Shown here piece by piece: positions 37,866-50,679 of a DNA stretch of 64,000 nucleotides. The notes below the pieces were generated by a model, which was not told where the DNA came from, did no database searches, and saw only the letters and a program-made list of their open reading frames with translations. Source of the DNA: Paecilomyces variotii (lineage: Eukaryota); the NCBI GenBank assembly GCA_004022145.1, contig RCNU01000002.1. One strand, given 5' to 3'. Both the position numbers and the translations under genes were made by a program. The first letter of the stretch is position 1; each line of letters begins with the position of its first letter.

Positions 37866-38890
37866 TTACTCGGGCACAAGCCCCTCGGCTCTAATTGCCT
37901 CATTGGCGTATCTCCGGAGATCGTCTATATCCCATGGACATGGGTCAAGAGGTTGCCTCCCCGCAGGCACTATACCTCCCACATAAAAGTCTTGCCTGAA
38001 AAACGTAAGGGATTGTGATTGAGTTCCTGGAGCAGGAGTCGGAAAGATTTGCTGTGAATATATCTGGTAAGTAGGCGTTCAGATATATAAGAGAGAAGAA
38101 ATAATCCTTAGAGCAATAGAATACTTACAATTCTCTGGGTACCTGGAGTAGCTCTACGCCATAGCTCAATGAAACCTCTGATACGGTTGTTAGCGACTTT
38201 TGACCATTGAATTAGGACCACAACATTGACTTGAGGAGCGCCAATAAACCACAGATCCTTATCAGAAAGAAGTTTCTCATATGATTTCGAATATCCAGCC
38301 TCAAAAACGATTGCCGGGAACGCAGCCCAGAACTGTTTAATGTAGAGATCCGGCTCCTTGTAAATATACTGCCAAGGGTGCGGGAAGCTGCCGAAACCTG
38401 TTGATCTTGATTAGTCTATTATATATATATGTGAATATGCGATCTTATAGGGACTTACGACTGTTTCCACCAAGAATCAAGTCCTGATTTTCGTTCACGG
38501 TAAAAAAGCCGTTCAGACACTTTGTAAGCATCTGATTGTGAGCCCAACTGATCACAGATCCATGAAAGATTGTCGGCATAGTAACACACAGAATGGAAGT
38601 GGTTGGGTTGTATGATATTGTTGTGGATTCCCGTTCAATGTCACCATCAGAGGAAAGGCTTCTAGCGACTTGGTAGCCGATGTGGGGAAGATAGATTCAT
38701 ATTGTAGATCGCCTGGACCGTCAGTGCGAAGAATCTCTTGCTTGATGTGATAGAATAACTGTTGAGCCGTAAGAGAACTCGCGGTAGATAGGCTTTGACC
38801 CTGGGGGACGCGTCTAGGCGCGTCAGAGTGTTCAGAGCTCACAGTAGATTGGCCTTGGTCGTGATGACCGCTCCTGTTGCCAAGAGCCAT
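37866..38890 (-). pseudogene. Frameshifted paralog of the PD-(D/E)XK-like gene at 20083-21248
   Basis: LTAQQLF...YESI / (shift near 38684-38690) PHIGYQVARSL...MPTIFH...KEPDLYIK...FPAIVFEAGYSKS...DKDLWF...QIFPTPAP...AEGLVPE*; two introns at positions equivalent to introns 2 and 3 of the paralog. Confidence 0.72.
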
Positions 38891-39480
38891 GGTGGTTATT
38901 TGAGGAGCAAAATGCAAAAAGTAATAGATAAGACAGGTAGATACTTAAAAGGTCTGTGCTCCAGTACGACAAGAACAGTGAGGCAACAGTGAAGAAGAGA
39001 GTTGAGTGAAATAGGAAGAGAGGACACTGAGTGAGATCTACCGCATAGGGATTTTTTGAAGGTCACAGTTGAGGCCTTGATCTATGCAGTGTCAGGCTTT
39101 TATATACCTCATAGGCTATTTCTTGCTTCTTGCTAAGTTGTAGAACTATAATACAGAGTGAGATATGCATGACGGAGTTAATATCGGCAAATCACAATTA
39201 GGCTGCAATCCAACTAAAGCCTGATCTTGTGAATACAACAAGCAGTTAGAGAGATAGCCCGTTAATAAAACTATTGAATAGCCTAACCTATAAACTAGCA
39301 GTGGTTAATGGAGCTTTCTAACTAACCGCATTACTTGATTACTGGAGACACCCTTACCATAAGAAAGAAAGTATTGTACATAATACTTGATACCCGGCCT
39401 TGAGAATGCCAAAGCTCGCAGCAGCAAAGAATATGAAGTCTGGTCTTATACCCCGATCCCCGGTAACCATGGGTTCTCCC

Positions 39481-42400
39481 TCACCACAATTTATCGAACC
39501 TATCTTTAAGTAACCTCGACAAGCAGCCTCCATCATACTGCACCAACTGGGCTAACTCGATCGCTTTCCGTCCCCAGCGGCGCGAATCTTCATCTGCGGA
39601 AGCGAGATACAAATCTACAGCTCTATTGAACGCCATCGTAGCGAGCCACTCTAATTCGTCATCAGGGTACGACATGTCCTGCCTGTGAGAATGTCGGATA
39701 TCGCGCGCCATGATGTATGCTCTATCGAGAACCGATTCGGCTAAGGTGTTGCTGGAACTAGGGGATGATTCCAGAGTGGGGGAGATTAAAGAGGAAGCTG
39801 GTTCTAGCTCCGCTGCTTTGGTAGGTGGAAGTGCAAGTTCGAATAAGCAGTGGATATAGCGGGGAAGCTTCTGATAGAATGCAGTATTTAGGTATGGTGA
39901 GCGCAATGTGGTGATGGTGTGGATCATTTGCTGGTTTCTGTTAATTCAATGCTCCTTTTTCTTGACCCAGAGACTGAAGTTCCTGGATCTTGGGGACCAT
40001 ATGAGGATGCTCCTACCTCAAAGACTTGCGACTTAATTTCTATCGGAATGTGAGAGCACAATATAGCATCCGCAAAGATCGTATAGAGGCGACCATCCGC
40101 CACCGTACCTGCCTCATCGATCAGAGTGCGGAGACTCTCCAATTGATTCATATATATGACCGCCTCAAAATCGAATGAGAGCATTGTTCTGTATCGTTGT
40201 AGCCACTCTTCGTGGTCAGGCGCATCTTTTCGGTCCAGTTGTGATTGAATGTTGTTACGGAATCCTTGAACATAAATCCGAACGTCAAGATATTGCTCTT
40301 CCTGGAAAAGGTTAGATATTCTGATGGATCCTATAAGATCAAGAATAATTACTACCTTGATTGAAGAATCTGTCTGTTCTCTTGCTCTCGAAACTATAAT
40401 CGCGGTGGCGAGGAATTCGCATAGCATGCGCCTCGCATAGATTTGCGCTATTGGATCAACATCTCTCGGATACAAGCCAACAAGCTACTCTCGCAGTTAA
40501 TAATGGTTACCCAACGGCAGTGTATTGGGTTGCGAGAAAGGTTAACCTTTACAGAGACATTCAATAACCTCAGGCTATAATCTAGTGGCCATGAACGCCT
40601 TAACTCGAGGGCCAGATTGTAGCTATTACGTGAAAACCACTCGAGCTCGGTCATGGAGAAAGTCTTTGCCTTGGACGAGTAGTGTTCTTCCGTCGCCTGT
40701 GTCGCCGCTGTATTTCATCAGTTCGATATCATAGTTCAAGTGATCTTGAGGCAGACCTTTCTCGAAAATTTGGCATAAATATTCTGGAGTTTCGAGCTCG
40801 TGTGTCTCATCTTCTAAGTTAGATGCAAGCAGACGTGTTGTGCAGCTGTGGGGGTCAGTGGAATTAACGTAGGTTGAAGTAGAAATGACACACCGTAATA
40901 GAGCTGGTAAATGTATTTGTTTACTGTCATTGTGGTCCAGTGTATCTAGAAGTTGTTTTAAAGCAACCACCGCTTGCTGTCTGTTTCCAGACTGTTGTGC
41001 CTCCATAATACAGGCAAGGATGTAGGTTCGACCAGACTCTAGCTCACATAGAGCTCTCAGACAAGAGGCTCCTTTCGCTGGTTAAGTAGTGATTTATACC
41101 CTGCGTTGAAAGGTGAACTGACCCAATTCCATATTCATTTCTCTCAGAGACAAGTTGTACATCAAATAAAGTGTTAGAGGATTCAATTTATCCTCCTGAT
41201 TCAGTTCATCGGCTGTCTGACGAGCCAGCACGACGTTCGAATTTTGGAGAGCACAAAACATCAACTTTCTAAAACAACATTAGCTAACTGAATAAATGTA
41301 TTATAGGACATTATTTCTATAGTACACTACCTCTTGATCTTTGCCCTGTTTACTTCTTTGCATTGTTGGAAGATCGGATGTTGGGCAAACTGAGACCATC
41401 TCTCTGCTTCTTCATAATTTCCCTGGGAAGATGCAAAATCAACCTTCTTCCAAATAAGCTAATAACTGCATCAGTAATAATGTGCAGCCAGTGTGTAAAT
41501 TGGGACGAACAATCAAAGAAGCGTGGGAACAGGTTGCACTCAGGGGTTTTCCCCAACCCTCGTTAGTTTTTGTCACTGCATCGATGAGGATGTCCAGCCC
41601 GTTTGGCAGGTGTGATGGAGATGTAGCAATGGACCAAAGTAAGCCTAGGAAAACAGACTCTATCGACGACCTATTCCCGGTGGGGATGGTCTTCTGTACG
41701 AGCAGTTGCCGAAACGCTTCCGCAGACAGCTCTACGCTGGCAGCCTGTGAGTAGCCAAGATATTAAGAATAGCGAGTTGTGGTTACCTCTGGTTCCTGAG
41801 CTTGTGGATATAGTATAGAATCCTTGGTTTCAGTTAGAGAATGGAATCAAGGTCGAGACAAGCATTGCGGTTTACATTTCAGTATTCTTGTCGGTAGGCT
41901 GTAGAGTATGAACAGTTTTCAACAGCGCTATAAGGAGACTGTATCAGCGACATCCCTATCGAAGCGCAAAACTCCACTTACTATCGTAGTATGCACTTGA
42001 ATCAAAACTGGACCCTCTGACTATAACTTCAAGTTTAAGCATCAGAGTCGATATTGCATTACCATGTTCCTCCAAAACATCAGCAAGGCTTCACTCTAGG
42101 GTAGACACCTGCGCACCTCGTCCAGAGAAGCTAAGAGTTCTGTGATACGAACTCGAGATTTTTCTGTGTTAAGCTCAAGATGTGCGCGTACTGAAGTCTG
42201 CTCAGCATTAACCAGTTTCGTAACATAAAAGACAGTGCATACCTAGAGCCTGCTGAGTTACCAGCCGCGTGCTATTCGCATCACACTCCTGATGCTGAAG
42301 CATTTGCGAATCTCCAGCTGATCCTAATGCTCGCTCGAACCATATAATGGCAGCCTGAAGGTCATGGTTCGAGAGGAGCCACTTTCCGATCCTGTAACAC

Positions 42401-43394
42401 GCATCTGCAAGATTTCCCGCCGCCTCCAGATTGTGATGTGTCCGGTATTCTTTGAGCTTAGAGAACATATGTTCTGCCAGATCGAGCCTGTCTTGACGCC
42501 AATACTGGACACCGGTTAGTCTCCCACACATGTATCGAAATCCCGAAGCTATCTATACCAGCATAATTCGAAGTATGTAGTATTCTTGAACTAAATATTT
42601 GCCGATCCCGCATCCAGACTGGATATGAGAAGCGTGAAGGCGTTCCACATGCACTGCAGCTATCTCAAGAATTCTTAAGCTGATGGGAAACTGCTCTATT
42701 TCTGCTTCGACGTTAGCCAATATCACACAAAGCAAGCCATTCTAAGAGATTCAGTGAGATTCTGTATCCCATATGTACCTATGCAAAGTCTAGCCGTCCG
42801 AAGAGCCACTTCAAGCAGCCTTATTCTGTCTGTATCTGAAAGTCCCATGGAGTCTTTATCTCCTTCCTCAGCCGAAAAGGGATTAACTCCCTCCTTGATC
42901 CCATTGTTCGCCGCCGCGCTCTCAAGCATCAATAATGCAAGGACTTTCACTAATAGAAGACAGGCAAAGTCAGCCATACTGAATGTCCGCAAGGTTACTA
43001 CTTCAGAACAGACCTCCAATAAGCAACCGACATGTTTCCTGTCCCCATTCACCATCACCTACGCTCATCAAACGAGAGCACGCATTCCATAGTTCAGTAC
43101 CTGCTGAATCGAGCCCATGACAAGATGATACCAGTACATGTGAAGATTCCAGAGGAAGCAGATCAATATATCTGTCTAATGTCTTGACACTCTCATCATC
43201 CAGCGAGAATGTGGTAAAAGAAGCAGCCTCGAGAACCCTGGTCTTTAGATTGACGGCGAAAGCTATATGGAGAAAGTCAGCAGCATCAGTAAGGTGTATA
43301 GGCTTAGAAGTGAGGGTATTATAATATGGACGAGGTGCCTACTGGTGATGTTAGATGCCAGCTCCGTTTGGCTGTCCTGCGTTGTCCGGGTCAT
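39481..43394 (-). CDS. SPO22: Meiosis-specific TPR protein Spo22/Zip4, many short introns
   Basis: LDSAGTELWNAC, DLAEHMFSK, ELEWFSRNSYNLAL, DELEWLATMAFNRAVDLY motifs; not every internal junction resolved. Confidence 0.85.
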
Positions 43395-44111
43395 GGCCAA
43401 TTCTCTAGGGGTTCTTTCAGCTCAAGTATCCGTTTTGAATCTGCTATGATTCCTGACAGGATAGCAGTGATGCGAAGCATTATTAAGACGAGGCGTGAAG
43501 ATACCTCTGTGACGACGATCGAGTCAGAGCGGGATGTACAGTACGACGGGGTCGAAAAGCTCACCTGACTTCTGTACAAGTCCACTTCAATTTTTCATCC
43601 GCTGTGCCGTACAACTATCTTGGTTTTCCTCAGGAATAAACGAGATCCTTATTGACTTTGATGACACTTTGATGTTGTGAAATTTCCAATAGCTCTGACT
43701 CAATTGATTCCTTGTAGGCTAGAAGCGGAAATTGGTTTTATCGACAATGACGCATGCAGCCTCTTGGTACGTATCAAATATCTACAGAGAGATAAGAACA
43801 GAACACATGCTATACAGAACGCCCAAAGAGAGCCGGCTCAAGCCCAACTGTAACTTGGCAACAAGTGCAGATATGCACTATTCAAAGGGGTATATATAAG
43901 TAGAAAGCACACATGGTTTCGGGAACCTTGGAAGAGGATTGTTAGTCCCAGAATCAACACAGCAGAATCATGCTGGTAAGGAAAGGTGCATCAAACGCCT
44001 AGTAAGTGGAAGATAACCCATATCGACATCCCACAATGACCTTACGCGCCAATTATGCATAAAGCGTTTTGGGTATCTATATATATATATATATTTTTTT
44101 CTCGACAAGGA

Positions 44112-46165
44112 TCATCGTCTACTTCGCTGCATCGGTAAGAAGTTACCGACAATGAGTGATGGGCTAGGGAATAGCGGTCAGCATTGTACAGGAGATGTGA
44201 TGGATGAGTGCTATACTAACATATTATGTGTGTCGCGACGGATGGTAAACGAGAAGCAACACGGGATCCCTTGGGAAGGATTGGTGGCGTCGGGATTCTT
44301 CAGCGTGCAGCTCGTGAGCATCGCTTTCTGGGTGTTGTCGAAAGCGATGGCGCCGAATTTCTCCCAGTAGCTAACTAACTGGTCCTCGACAATGATTTCA
44401 TGGATAGCCAACTTGCCCTACAGGTTGGAATTCGTCAGTAAATCGCTACGAAAGATGCGTCTCAAATATAAAGGGAACCCACATCTCTTAGATTCTCGAT
44501 AGGGACGTCGATAAGCTGAGCCATTTCCTTGTTTCCGCGGAAGATTTCGCCAGTTCGTCTCCAGCAGCAAGCGGGGATCGCCATACTGGCAAAGACTCGA
44601 TCATATTCCATTAGACTTCGTTCGAACCACATTTCCACCAGCACAAGCTCGATATCGGTCAAGCTCTGCATCCGTTCGCGGAATTTGGGCCTGAATTTAT
44701 CCAGTTGGCGAAGAATCTTCTGTCGTGATGCAGGTTGCATGTGTTGTTCCATGTACTGGTTTAGCCTGGCATAACCCTTGACATAGTTGAATGGCTTCAA
44801 CATTCCAGCGTCATATTTCGCCTTCAGTAGCTTGTTCATCCTTTCTTCCGGAGGATCAGTTCCGGAGGGATCAGCCGCAGTCATGTAATAGGTTTCCCTA
44901 GCTTTGTCGTTACCGACAGTGGAGCTTGGACGTTGGATCCCATTCCCCGCATTTTGGCTTTGTGCGGCTCCCAGCTGCGGAGGCTGGAGAAACCCAGAAT
45001 TGTTCCCTGCCAGAGACATCGAATTGAGCAGTGAAGGGTCGGAATATAGGCCCTGAAGATCATCGCCCTGATACATAGCACCATCATCAAGTAAACTGTG
45101 ACTCAAAAAATCACTAAGCAGGTTATATTCGTTGGTGAATTCTGGTGCATTGAACATGTATGAAGGATGAAATGTGTGCATGTCCTGGAACTGGCTTTGT
45201 CTTTGGACCGGCCAATCATTATACCCAAGCACTGAAGCCTCGTTAGCGTATATGTTACATTGAAATGCATAAAAATAGGCCGATGTGCACGGCGCGTGAT
45301 TGGGCGCTGACCTGAGCTGTTTGAAATGTTTCCCGGTTGGATCGATTGTGAGGGATTCACCGTCGAAGGAGGCAGACCATGTGGTTGCATATCTGGAAGT
45401 AGCTGTTGAGCGGTCGCATCTTGTACGTCGAGATTGCTGGGCATGCCTTGGCTGCTGGAAAATTCGTTCTTTGACGAGCCTTCCTCATCTGCTGCGGACA
45501 ATTCGTGTTCACTTCGTGCCCGCTTCGACGGCTCTCGGGGCTCATCGTGGCAAAGGTGGCCGATATTGCGTTTTATACATCGCGTACATGGTCGCTCCTA
45601 TTTATGGATCGGATCAGCCAACTCATATTGTTTCCAAGCTTGCAGCGGCAAAGTCTCGGCCACAATGCAGGTTCGTGTCAAAAGGGGGTCGTACCGAGTC
45701 GCAGGTCATATGCTGTCCGACATTACCAAGTATCTACGGTCAGCCTATCATCCTCCAAGGGCTTTATGTCGCCAAGATGCAGATTCGCATTATGCAGGAG
45801 GACCGCATGCAAAGAAAAGTAGCATCAAGCAAGGAGCATCTCGTTGCTTACCGATCGCCGACAGTAGACGCAAGCTACGAAAGAAATTCAGTTAGCCAAA
45901 ACTATTCGATAGGAAGCTTAAAGATTGGCGACCAATTCTCCGTACCATGATTGACCTTGCGACGCTTCTTCGGGCTCGCGTGCGTGGGTGCAGCTGTTCC
46001 GTCTGCCTTCCCGGCGGGCGACGTCTTGGTATTCCCATTTGCGCGAGTTTCTTTAGAGAACGTATCACCGTCTGCTGCGTTGGATTTTGTACTCTCCGTT
46101 GTTCCATTATGTTTCGTTTCTCCTCCGGCGGGGGGTCCCGCCTGCGATGAGCTTGCTTCCGCCAT
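44112..46165 (-). CDS. acuM: Zn(II)2Cys6 + PAS-type gluconeogenesis regulator, AcuM/RDS2-like
   Basis: SPKKRRKVNH|ACVYCRRS|HMTCDS|ERPCTRCIKRNIGHLCHDEPRE across micro-exons; ETYYMTAADP, KPFNYVKGYARL, IPACCWRRTGEIFRGN, IRRDTHN|IPSLIVGNFLP. Confidence 0.87.
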
Positions 46166-47145
46166 GGACCGCTTGGGGTTGGAATGTAGAGTCAAGACAG
46201 GCCCGTTGCGCGCAAACCAAGCAGTGGCTATCGCGCTTTTCCCGTTCCACAGCGTTGGCAGTTGGATGGCCCACTGCAGATAGGAACGTCAGATACGACT
46301 GTAGCAGATACCGGGAAACAGACAATGCGGAGCAAGATAGAAAGATGCACTGTACCTGGGCTGAGGGCAAGCGACTGAGATGGAGTCCCGCGCGGAGGAG
46401 CGGGACCTTAAGCGCGCACGTATTTTCCCGATTTCGCCTCCGCATTAGGGTTGGATTGGATGGAGAGAGAACTTTCTCGCCCCGCTATCCGATCTCTTTG
46501 GAGTCTTTGCTCTTGTTCTCCGCACTCCGCTATACTATAGACCTCGGCTCCGCGCGAGTCGAAATGGCACATCTCTGCTCCCGGAGATCCTGGCGCAAAA
46601 AGACTGGTTATGATGACATCTTCCCTACAATTGTTGCGCTAGTGGCATATCGCGTACGAACCACGCTATTTCTTGGCATGTGTACATCGTCAAGGGAGAT
46701 TATATTATTGAAGGTTTTAACTAAACCTAGCTATCTCTGCAAACTGCTTTTAAAATGCTCCTGGTCACTCGCACAAGCAGCACATCTAAAAAGGCGTGCG
46801 CGTGGTACCACGCCCTAGTTGCTTCGGCCAGGCGGCACATGAGCCGTCCGCTGTAGATACGATCGTAATCAGGAACCCCAACGGTTTGTGTGCCTAAGCT
46901 AACAGTCGAGGTCCTGCGACAGACATGATAGCCTGTTTCTTGGCGCCCACCCGAGCAGGAGATGCTCCTGCGAGACACTGTTCTCCAGGGACCGTAGGTG
47001 AGGCGCCGATGTATCTTCCAGTACCATCAACCTCTGCATTCGGGATTCAGCTCCCGGTTGTTCGCGACTGACTCTGAGCGGCTTAGACTGACAGAGATGA
47101 TTGAATAACAGCCTGGGATCTCCAGGTTACGCCGGTCGTAGACAC

Positions 47146-48150
47146 TCAGTCGGCTGGAATGGGCAACAAATTCAATGCCGCCTGCGATCGGGTAATTGCT
47201 TCCTTTAAACCGTCAAGGGGAGCGACATTATTGTGCATTGACTGAAGGTGGCCGTTTAATTGCTTTAAGAGACCCGCGACTTCGGAATCCGGTTGAAGCT
47301 GGAAATTTGTTAGCGGCACGTCATGTACAAAGATAAAAGCGCAGCCATACATCACATAGAGCCACTTCCCGGCCTTTTATCTCAGGGATGACAAAGTTAG
47401 ACCATCCTTCATCGTTTCCGTTGGGTATATTGTCGAGCTGTCGAAGAACAGGATGTTCCTAAAACGAGTCAGCTCCTAAACTGCGAGTGTTCGAATCCTA
47501 GCCAAGCATACATTCTTCATTTGTCTCTTCCTTTCTGACTCCGCTGCTTTAGCGTTCTTTTCCATTTCTTCCAGTTGCTTTGTCTCTTTCGCGAGCAATG
47601 CTTCCTCTTTATCGATCTCTGCTTGAAGCAAGTCAATACTGCTGTTCACGGTCGCCAAGTGTGCCTCTAGAGAACGCTGAATGGCTTGCGATTAGTTTTC
47701 TGCCATTTTCGAGGAGGAACCATAAATACGAACGTGTTCATCAATGGCGGACTCATAGTCAAAATTGGTATCTTTCGTTATCGGCGGGAAAGGCATTCGT
47801 GGGAGTCGTCTCCCTAAGCTAAGAAAAAATGACGCGAAGATCAGCCAAACCAATCTTCGAAGAATCATTCCCTGTGCCCTAACTCACTTTCTAACCAGCG
47901 CGCCCACCGCTGTCTGCGCTTCGATGCGTTTGCGCTCATCACGTTGTCTTACTATGACCGGCCGCTCGAGAGATCTAAACATATCCAAGACCTTCTGCTG
48001 GACGGGTTCTGGTAGCGTCGTCCATTTTGCCTTAATCGTTCGCTCCGAGATATGTCGAACACGAGGTTTGAGGTAGGCGTATTGCTTATTTGAGCCGCCG
48101 TCTCTCTCGTCGTCGTCGGCATCGTTTGAGCGCTTCCTCTTGGGAGGCAT
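47146..48150 (-). CDS. Kinetochore CENP-Q (Okp1/Fta7-like) protein, 4 exons
   Basis: YAYLKPRVRHISERTIKAKWTTL, LPRMPFPP...FDYE, coiled coil, LNGHLQSMHNN. Confidence 0.8.
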
Positions 48151-49270
48151 GATGGGAACGCGTAACAAATGGGTAGCGACGAAAGGTGATAACAGTAAGC
48201 GCGAGTATTTATTTCAAAGGTCTTATGCGAGATCGAAATTCTGTGAGTCGCGTGAGAATAGATAGCTTTGACGCCGCCAAGAAGTGTCGTGTGTTCCTGA
48301 AAGGACAAAGGAACAACAGACTGCTAGCGGAACTCTTTGGACAGTTTCACATGTTGTGGGTCAAAACACGGAGGAGTTCCGCTGACGCTGCAAAACAGAC
48401 AAACCCAAACTATAGATAGTCCTAGTATTAGATTAACGAAGTCTCGAACATGATCATATCAGCAGTCGTATCAAGAGGCCGCATTCTTTCGTGAGACATT
48501 GCGCAGCAATGAGGTAGCTACTACATTTAGTCTTATATGCAGAAACCCCATGTCGTCTGAGAGGGAAATGTTGCACGGGTAGAGTCGACTCGTAAGTATT
48601 GGTGCATACCGCTGCTAGCCCATCATCTTGTTAGGAATCACATCTCCAATGGTAATTTAGCGGAAGCCATAGGGGGTGGGGGGAAAGTTGGGTACTTCCT
48701 CGGGCTAAACAAGGCGACGGGTGTCGGAAAATGTCGTTGGTTCTAGACAGAGATACCTTGAATGGTATAAATCAGATTATCTTTTTGGGCAGGAAGATGT
48801 GGTAACTGACTTTTGCTTTGGCTTCTAGAGTGCGCCTTAGATCCATGATACACCACGACATATAGCAGACCTTAGGAGATTCGTGCGTTCTACAATAAGA
48901 ATAAAAGAGCAAACTTCCTACTGACCGGAGAAGGGTCTCGGTAGGGACTTAGACATTATATATAGTAGAATAAGAAACCATAATCCTAGCTGTCCTTTCG
49001 CTTCCTTTAAGCGTAATCTCTATATGTGCGGACGACCTCAAGGAAGGAGAACGGCAGGCATGCCCGATTTCCTTCTAGAGCTGTTATTCCCGTAAAGATC
49101 CGTCGCCACAATGTGGAAGACTTTGTTGAAGTCCACCTGCAATAAATGAAAAAACCCAATCATAACGCCGCGCTCGCTTTCCGGCTATTTACCCTTGCAA
49201 AACAAATAGCTTGGTTATACAATGCCCGTAATGTCACTTAGAAGGCCAATGGACGAATCATATGAAGATG

Positions 49271-50679
49271 TCATCGTGGCATTCGGATGCCATCCACAGC
49301 CTTTAGATCAGCGAGTTGGGCCTTGAGAATTTCGTTCCCATGTAGGATATCTTGCAGCCAGTCCGCTGCTTGCATGAGCATGGCACTTTTGCTGAACCCT
49401 CCGCCTCTCAGTTCCGGCACAAGAGAACATAGCTCATCGAAGCCTTGCTTGATGAGGTTGCGTCTCTTCTGTTCGGAAAGGATATGATTTGTCCGTTTTT
49501 GCTCCTCCGTCAAATTTTCTCGTGCATGCTTGCCTGAACCCTGCTTGGCCTTCCGCGACCCAGCATCGCTGGAACTTCGCCTTGCTTTATCCTGACTAGA
49601 CGTCTTCGTCTTCTTCGTCCTCGACCGCGAGGCATCTACGTCAGAATCAGCGTCCTCCGCCTTAACCATCGACTTCTGCCGCTTTCTCGGCTGTAGCTGG
49701 TCGGAGACATTCTCATCGTTTCGTAGGCCACTAGGCATATATCCGCCATGGAGTGAGGCCCAGTCTCCATTGCCTGTCATCCTCACGGGACTAGGAGCCC
49801 GGGTGTTTGCGGCGCTGCTTTGAGGTTCAAAACATTCTAGCTTGTCCAGGAGGTCTTTCGTACGTTCCTCCATGTTGTGTTGAGGCGGTGGCAAGTAGCC
49901 TTGATCCATGAAGCTAGCATCTGATCCCCAGCGCAGAGTCCTGACTTTGGCGACCGTCTGCTGGTCCATGGTCACAGGTTGCTGAACGTCAAAGAACATC
50001 TCTGGCGCATGGTATCCACGAGGCAATGGTTGTTTCCGGGCAATCTGTGGACAAGTTTCCTCCATTGCGGGTTGGTCACCTGTTGCTGAATTCTTGGAGA
50101 CCCCTCCTTTGACAGAAAAGTTTCTATTGGCATTATGAAGTGTGTGGTCGGGAAATAATTGGTGACTGAATGGCGAGCTAAAACCGTTTGCATTCATTCC
50201 ATTCCCGTAAAGCATCGAGGCAGCTGCAAGGATATCCGAACTGGTTTCCATACCATTGTCTGCTGTAGAAAAGGCTCCTTTTCCCAAGCCGTGTTGAAGA
50301 GCTGACGGTTGGCCCAACGTGGTTGTAGATCCTTCAAATATCGGCGGTAGCTCCTCCGACCAGTCCAGATTGCTAGGACCTTTAACCGGTTGCTGGCCAC
50401 GGAACCAGAAGTCGCTCGTATCCAGGTGATTGGCGTTCATGGTAGTGAAGAAATTGTCGAGCATATTCGACTCGCTGTCGTCGAGCAAAGCTGGACCAGG
50501 CGGAGGAGCAGGGGCTGGGTCATATGGCGTATCGAACGATGAGAGGAATGAATCTGACCGCTATCATCAGCATAATGCAGACGGACAATCGGTATGGTGA
50601 ATGAGTACGCACAGCCAAAGGGACCAGGAGCTGGAGACGTCCCACGCCCATTTCGAAGATCCGACCCTGTCAGATTCAT
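49271..50679 (-). CDS. bHLH transcription factor (Ino2/Ino4-like), 2 exons
   Basis: C-terminal RENLTEEQKRTNHILSEQKRRNLIKQGFDELCSLVP...SKSAML; PPPGPALLDD and LRWGSDASF motifs; short first exon MNLTGS...PFG. Confidence 0.87.

Noticed and set aside
46087..46818. 243-aa ORF over the acuM promoter
   Set aside because: Non-ATG start, no domain, overlaps the 5' end and promoter of acuM
46790..47115. GC-rich stretch ending in a T-run on the - strand, considered as a Pol III ncRNA (SRP, RNase P/MRP)
   Set aside because: No diagnostic conserved motifs found; explicable as the CENP-Q 3' UTR
47480..47505. GTTCGAATCC resembling a tRNA T-loop/B box
   Set aside because: No acceptor stem, D arm or anticodon arm; lies antisense within a CENP-Q intron
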